From assembly GCF_009914755.1 (NCBI RefSeq), contig NC_060932.1: a stretch of 64,000 nt of DNA; one strand, 5' to 3'. The translations under genes were made by a program, and so were the position numbers. Positions 51,843 to 64,000 of this stretch are shown piece after piece. The DNA is from the human T2T-CHM13v2.0 reference genome, Homo sapiens. How positions within the stretch are numbered: the stretch's first letter is position 1; every line of letters starts with the position of its first letter. Under the pieces are notes generated by a model. That model made no database searches and had not been told where the DNA came from. It saw only the letters and a program-made list of their open reading frames with translations.

Positions 51843-53291
51843 ACTCCATCTCCCTGATGGACCATGGGAATTTCCACCCAGTGCCTGATACATCCAGAAA
51901 GCATGGTATAGATCCCTGCCACTGATGGGCGCCAGAGATGTCTCTTTCCTCTTCTCAGGTCCAGCATCTCTTCTTGGTATGAGGGAAATCCCTCCCTCTA
52001 GCACTGTTTCCATCAGAGACCCTCACCTTAAGCTCTGTTCACCTCAGTGAGCTTAGGGCTTGGGAAATATGAGCCAGGAAAGGGAAGAGTCTGCAGTCAA
52101 CTCTGTGGTCATCCTGCCCAGTCGGCCCTGAGGCTGAGAACAGATCCTTTTAGAATGGGGACAGGAAAAAGGGGAACTGCAGGGAGAAAAACAAATTAAA
52201 CTTTGAAACAATTACTGGGCCATATACATATCGAAGGTGATGATATAATTAAAGTACCAGGGGCAGTATACACACATTCCAACAGGTGCAAAGACAGTCA
52301 GGAAAGGGCCTGATCTGTCTGGAGAATGGTGAGTCCCCGGGGAATGAGGAAGAAGAGGCTGGGACAGGGTGGAGGGTGTCAGGGCCTTGATGGACAGCCT
52401 TGGATGACTGCTTCTGGAATTTGGATTTTATTCTGAAGGCCACACAAGTCAGGAAAGGTCAGTAAGCTATGCTGAGACATGATCCTGTTTTTATGTTTAA
52501 GGAAACAACCTTGGTAGAAGGGTGGGAGATTAAGTTGTGAAGAGGCTGTGGTTGGCCATAGGAATAAGCCAGACAAGGGCTAATAAGAGTTTAAGCCAGG
52601 AGTTGCAATGGAGGTAGGAAAGCGAGGTCACGGTTCTGGGATAAAAACTCAACAGAATTTAGTCAATTGGCCATGACGGAATGATGGCAAATGACAGAAA
52701 TTGAAGAAGATTCCAAGATGTCTAGCGTGGAAGACTAGGTAGTTCATAAAGTCATTTACCTGAAGGTGAGAAGTCAGAAGACTGGGAATATGGACAGGGA
52801 TGGGGACAGGTGATGGGGTAGGAGAGAACTCAATGTATTTAGCACTGGTTATATGCCAGCACTGTTTTAGAGATATTTTTGTCATAAAAACGCTATGAAG
52901 TAATATTTTTATGGTCATTTCAGAGATAAGAAAACAAAGGCTGAGAAATAATGTTTGCTCACCCATGGTTACTCAGAAAGTGAGTCAGGATCGGAAACTA
53001 TAGCCAGCTGGCTCCATAATCTGTAACCCATGCTTTGCTCCCTAGTATGCTTCTAAGTGTCATCTAGTTTGGGACATATAGGAGTCACTCAAGACTCTGA
53101 GTCTGGAGCTTGGGAGATACTCATGAGGTACAGGCATCGGTTTGTAAGTCCTTATAAAGGAGATCATTCTTAAATTACAGAAGCAGATGAGATCACCTGG
53201 GGAGAGCATGCGGGGGAAAGAGAAGACAGGGACGGACCCTGGGGACTTCACATGTAAGGCTTATATCAGTCAGGTTGATGTTAAACTATTA

Positions 53292-53610
<319 letters not shown>

Positions 53611-54494
53611 ACACAAAGGCAATGAATAAGATTAGTATTGGTTTCTTCTCATCACAGAGTTCAGCAGTGAGGCTTTCAGGGTTAGACTCTTGGCTTCATT
53701 AGACACTCAGGCTCTCTTTTTCTTCCACCATACTTAGTGTGTGTGGCCTATCCTCAAATTTGCTTTAGTTTCACAAAATGGTCATTTTAGGTCCCATCAT
53801 CCTATTTCAGGCAGCGGGAAAGCGGAAGAGGCCAAAGGAAAAAGGTGTCTGCCAGCCAAGTGGGGCTGCTTTTAAGGAAGTCTTTCCAGGAGACTCACTA
53901 CATAACTTCTGCTTACATTGGCCAAAACTTAGAACTATTTTCAAGGGAGGCTGGAAATGCAGTTCTTAGCTAGGCCCCTCACTGCACCAACTAAATCAGG
54001 TTCCCTTGGTAAGGAATGAAAGGAATGGAAACTGGATAGACCATTGTAATCTCTACCATAAGGGGGTAGGCAGAAGAAAGAAAAAAAGGAACATGCGGAG
54101 AGAGAGAAAAAGGGAATGATGCCATGAAAAGTGTAATCATTAGGATGCTTTTAGTTACAAGTTCTTGAAAGCTGAGACCAAACTAGCTTAAACTTTGATA
54201 AAGTAGCCAAAACAATTTACAGGTAGGGCAGATGTGTTTGTTGGGGCTCTGGCTTTGCAACTTCACTGTTTTCTTGGATATGCCCCTCTGTGTTGGCCTT
54301 GCATTCAGGCTGACCTCACAAATGGCCATGGAGTGGCTGAAGCAGTTCCAGGACTCACATTTGCACACATCATCCACAGCAAGACTGACCATCTTCCTAG
54401 AAAAAGTCCTGAAATTCATTTATTCATTCCAAAATATTTCTGAGTACCTACTGTGTGCCAGGTTTTTTTCTAGGTGCCAGAGATAATGACAGAG

Positions 54495-55315
<821 letters not shown>

Positions 55316-55319
55316 TATT

Positions 55320-57960
<2,641 letters not shown>

Positions 57961-58641
57961 GAGCCAGCACAACTTTGTTAAATTCTGTGCTGGCTTCTCT
58001 GCCAAGTCCTGGGAGTATAAAGATAATTCAGAAAGTCCTTCCCTTGAAGAGTTTGCATCTATGATCCGAAAAACTATTCTGTGTGAGTAAACAATCAAGC
58101 CTCAAAAGCTATAAGCATAATTGGAATCCAAAAATATCACAGCAGAAATGAACACACCTGCAAGGTAAATGTTGACCACACAGCTGGGCCTTCAGTGATG
58201 CTGCCCAGAGGCAATAGGAAATTTTGGAGCGTACTTAGCTGTCAGTTGAGTTCTTGGAAACCCCAGTGCTAGAGTAAAGATGGCCTTGACTCCAAAGGAA
58301 TGAAAGTCAGGGTGTAGCTAATAGAATTCATAGAATGAAGCTGATACTCCCAAACAATATTGTTGCCTAACTTCCTGCTATAAGTGGTTTGGTGTAACAG
58401 TGCCTCTGCCCAGCCTCTGCTCAGAACCACCAGAGTGACTCCAGATGGATCATTGGGCTTCTTCCATCCTGGGTTACTTCTTGAGCCCCACTCTTTGGCA
58501 ATGACTAGCTTGGAGGCTCCTGCTGCAGTGTCAGGATTGGGCCAGTGGGAATGCCTCTATTTTCAGGTTTCTCACAGGTGGAGATGACAGAATGACACCT
58601 CGTATTTCTAGACTCTTTTATGTATATTTCACATATATTTA

Positions 58642-60960
<2,319 letters not shown>

Positions 60961-62937
60961 ACCACTCAGTCTATGGTATTTTCATTATAGCAGCCTGAAC
61001 CAACTAAGATAAGGGTGTTCATGAAAGTGAGGAAAACAAATAATGTCTTTATGGGAACTCCAGAAAGCCACTCAGCCAGTCCTCGAGGTTAGAGCAGGAA
61101 CATCATACCACCCTGCACGGTGGCCATTAGTCAGGAACTGGAAGGTCATTCAGGGCACTGACCAGCTCTTGTGGCCATACCATCTCCTCATCCCTTTGCA
61201 GCAGGTGTCTACTTAGAGCCAAATCTGTTTTTTTTTTTAAATTATCTTTATTATAAGGAAAAAAAAAAACCACAGTAAAACAGACCTGGTAGGTGGTAGG
61301 GGTGGAAGACACGGAAAAATATAATGACCAGACATGGCTTCCTGCGAGGGAGGACAGTGAGTTGGCCTTTACCTCACCTACTTTCCTGATTCAAAGAAAC
61401 TTGCCCCCAGCAAGACTGGGCCCAGGAGCTCCATTTTCCAATCTCTTCTCTTCCTGGGCATTTAAGAAGGGGTATATTGTTCTCCAGCTTTCAAGATATT
61501 GCAGACAGTATGGAGAAGAAGGGAAGGATATTATAGCCGTTTGTTTCAATGCCTTCCCCAGCTCAAGCCCTCAGGATTTGTTGATGCTGCAGATAGGAAC
61601 CCCATGGAATTGGGGCAGCTTAAGCAGCAATACGCTGAGCGGTGAGGCTGTGTTGATGAAGAAGGAAGCAGCATCATACCTGGCATGGAAGCTGTCAGGA
61701 GGTAGAGTGCCATAGGAGAGATGCTAAGGAACTTGTGGGCAGAGGTACCTGGAGCCTGTAGTCCATCCGCTCCCAGTGTATCAGTAGCCAAGCCCTTCCT
61801 TGTTAAGGGGGTCTCAAAGGACGTCCCTTTCCCCGTATGCAGGAAGTACATAGCCTGCCAGCTTCAGAAGCCTGTCCAGCTAGAGGCGTGGTGCTCACTT
61901 CCACACCTGTAGATGTTTGTCCAAGGGTCAACCTGAGATTCAAACCCAGGGCCTTCTGGCCCAAAACAAGTAAGCAAGTAGCAGCCCAGGAAGTCAAACC
62001 AAGATCTGCGAGGTTCCAAAACACCAGCTCCTCGCTTCTTCCTTTCTCAGCCCACCAACATAACCACTTGGAGGAGCCTGAACCAAGTCATGTGTTTGCC
62101 AGTTCCCACTGTCTCATTCCAATGCTGAGTTGCCCCTGGGATAGAGCAAGTCTTCCTCCACCCCCTGTAACTGTTAGGGCCAGGTAGAGACAGAGGGCAG
62201 GTGTGGGTGGGTTGGAGGATCCCCTTTCATTCACATTCAGCAGGTGGCTTTCTTGAGCTTATTTTTCCCTTTAAAGCTGTCCTAATTGCTATTTTAATCA
62301 GATTTTATATTCCTATAAATCTAAGGTGGAGGTTGGGGAGAAAAGAGATGATGGTATGGTGAGGTGTCTACTGAACTGCTCCTGCCAAGGCCCCTCCCCA
62401 TGTACTCTCAACGAAAGTTGCAGGTGAGTCTCCCATGCTGGGAGTCGGAATCCAGCAGAGCCTCAGGCAGCGGGGAGCTATAGCAGTTAGAAAGAGCACA
62501 TTCGCAGAAACCCTGTGACCTGCAGCTGCTGGCCTCCTGGAAGCTTCCTTTGTTGCTCTTGGTTGGAAGACTGTTGTTATGATGCTCTTTTAACTACATT
62601 CACAGGGTCTAGGATTGGGTTAGAGAAAGGGTGAGAGGACAGGTGGGAGGAAAGAGGCTGAATGAGTGCTTGGAAGTGAGGCATCCGAAGGGACTGCCTT
62701 CATGGTCGTGTCTAGCCTGATATTCACAGCATTATTGATTTTTTTTCTTCCAAAAATTACATGTATTTTATTTTCAGCATCTTTTGCTAATTCTTTCTAA
62801 TTATAATGTGCTGTTATTTTACAGCCACCCATTCTCATTTTGTGGATATAATTCCCTGCTTTAGTTTTCTGAGCACAAGAAATCAACTTTGGCTGCACAT
62901 TGGAATATCTGAGAAGCTTAAAAATACTGATGTTTGG

Positions 62938-64000
<1,063 letters not shown>

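Noticed and set aside
61293-62187. Cluster of 100-140 aa ORFs in unique sequence
   Set aside because: No recognisable domain or convincing exon structure; consistent with chance.

Overview
Human/primate genomic DNA, Alu-rich, containing the complete TP53INP1 gene on the minus strand. Its structure is: a CpG-island promoter with non-coding exon 1 (donor at 36150/36149), exon 2 (27825-28086, ATG at 27936), exon 3 (26861-27221), a 38-nt cassette exon (19050-19087) and a last exon starting at 17702 with a ~4.5 kb 3'UTR (AATAAA at 12960-12965). Skipping the cassette gives a 723-nt CDS (240 aa, alpha); including it gives 495 nt (164 aa, beta, ending ...PRARKSCL). The rest is intronic or intergenic DNA with Alu, L1, L2, MIR, MaLR/ERVL LTRs and DNA-transposon relics. 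The most interesting observations are: a p53 response element inside a MER21-like LTR that belongs to a decayed ERV-L-type provirus in intron 3; a 9-codon uORF that holds the first AUG of the mRNA; a 126-nt AG-exclusion zone with a distant branch point before exon 3; the NMD-escaping position of the beta stop codon; a possible exon 2-3 circRNA; candidate plus-strand (divergent/antisense) exons; and several sites hit repeatedly by Alu insertions. No prokaryote-type systems (CRISPR, operons) are present. Repeat family names come from recall of consensus sequences, not from a search, and repeat boundaries are approximate.
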